DNA of 64,000 nucleotides from Eledone cirrhosa (Eukaryota): NCBI GenBank assembly GCA_964016885.1, contig OZ024741.1, positions 160,642,001 to 160,706,000 of the forward strand, read 5' to 3'. Shown piece by piece: positions 63,574 to 64,000 of this stretch (position 1 is its first letter; each line of letters starts with the position of its first letter). The notes under the pieces were generated by a model. It saw only the letters and a program-made list of their open reading frames with translations, ran no database searches and was not told where the DNA came from. The position numbers and the translations under genes were made by a program.

Positions 63574-64000
63574 CACCCGAAGCAGACAATGATCTGAATA
63601 CTGAGATAAATAATACCTGGAACAGAGATACGGCCACTGAGGAGATGAATGCTGACGGGCTAGGACAAGATTTGGTTGACATCCTAAATTTAGTGGTAGA
63701 TGAATTGAACAATGATAGTGGGAGACTTATGAACCTAAGATTTGTAGACAGGAAAAAGAAACAACAGCTAAGGTAAACAAAGTCATCCCATACCTTGAGG
63801 CGAGGAGCCTTCACCAGTGCAACAATATCCTCAAAGCAACAGCAAATACGGTGAGGAAACTACTTGGTATAAAAGCGAGAGGAAACAACAGACAAGAAAG
63901 AGCAGAGCCTTGGTGGAAGAAACGACTGAGTGGTCAAATCAGGGAAATGAGAAATGACATTGGAAAGCTTGAGTCACTACTGAATGGGACACTAAAAAAC
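63572..64000 (+). mobile_element. R4/Dong-type LINE N-terminal fragment (runs off the window)
   Basis: EPWWKKRLSGQIREMRNDIGKL motif after (TAA)n. Confidence 0.6.

Overview
AT-rich eukaryotic (animal) genomic DNA dominated by transposons and microsatellites; the SINE/LINE/microsatellite make-up suggests a mollusc, probably an octopus (inference). Non-LTR elements include a tandem pair of Tx1-clade LINEs, R4/Dong-type LINE relics, RTE LINEs with a PHD-like finger inside the RT, Penelope-like (GIY-YIG) fragments and many tRNA-derived SINEs. DNA elements include Helitrons, a hAT/Buster element with a nested Chapaev3-like element, and mariner/pogo MITEs. Hidden among these, and missed by the ORF track, are two convergent paralogous three-coding-exon genes (A: + 32158-37473, 82 aa; B: - 48319-45516, 76 aa). 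Both encode secreted prepropeptides: signal peptide, acidic pro-piece, KK, and a mature peptide with C-x3-C-x11-C-x3-C. They are a candidate toxin/defence/signalling peptide family. Several minimal type I hammerhead-ribozyme motifs of the Penelope type are also present. All calls are by eye; no database searches were run.
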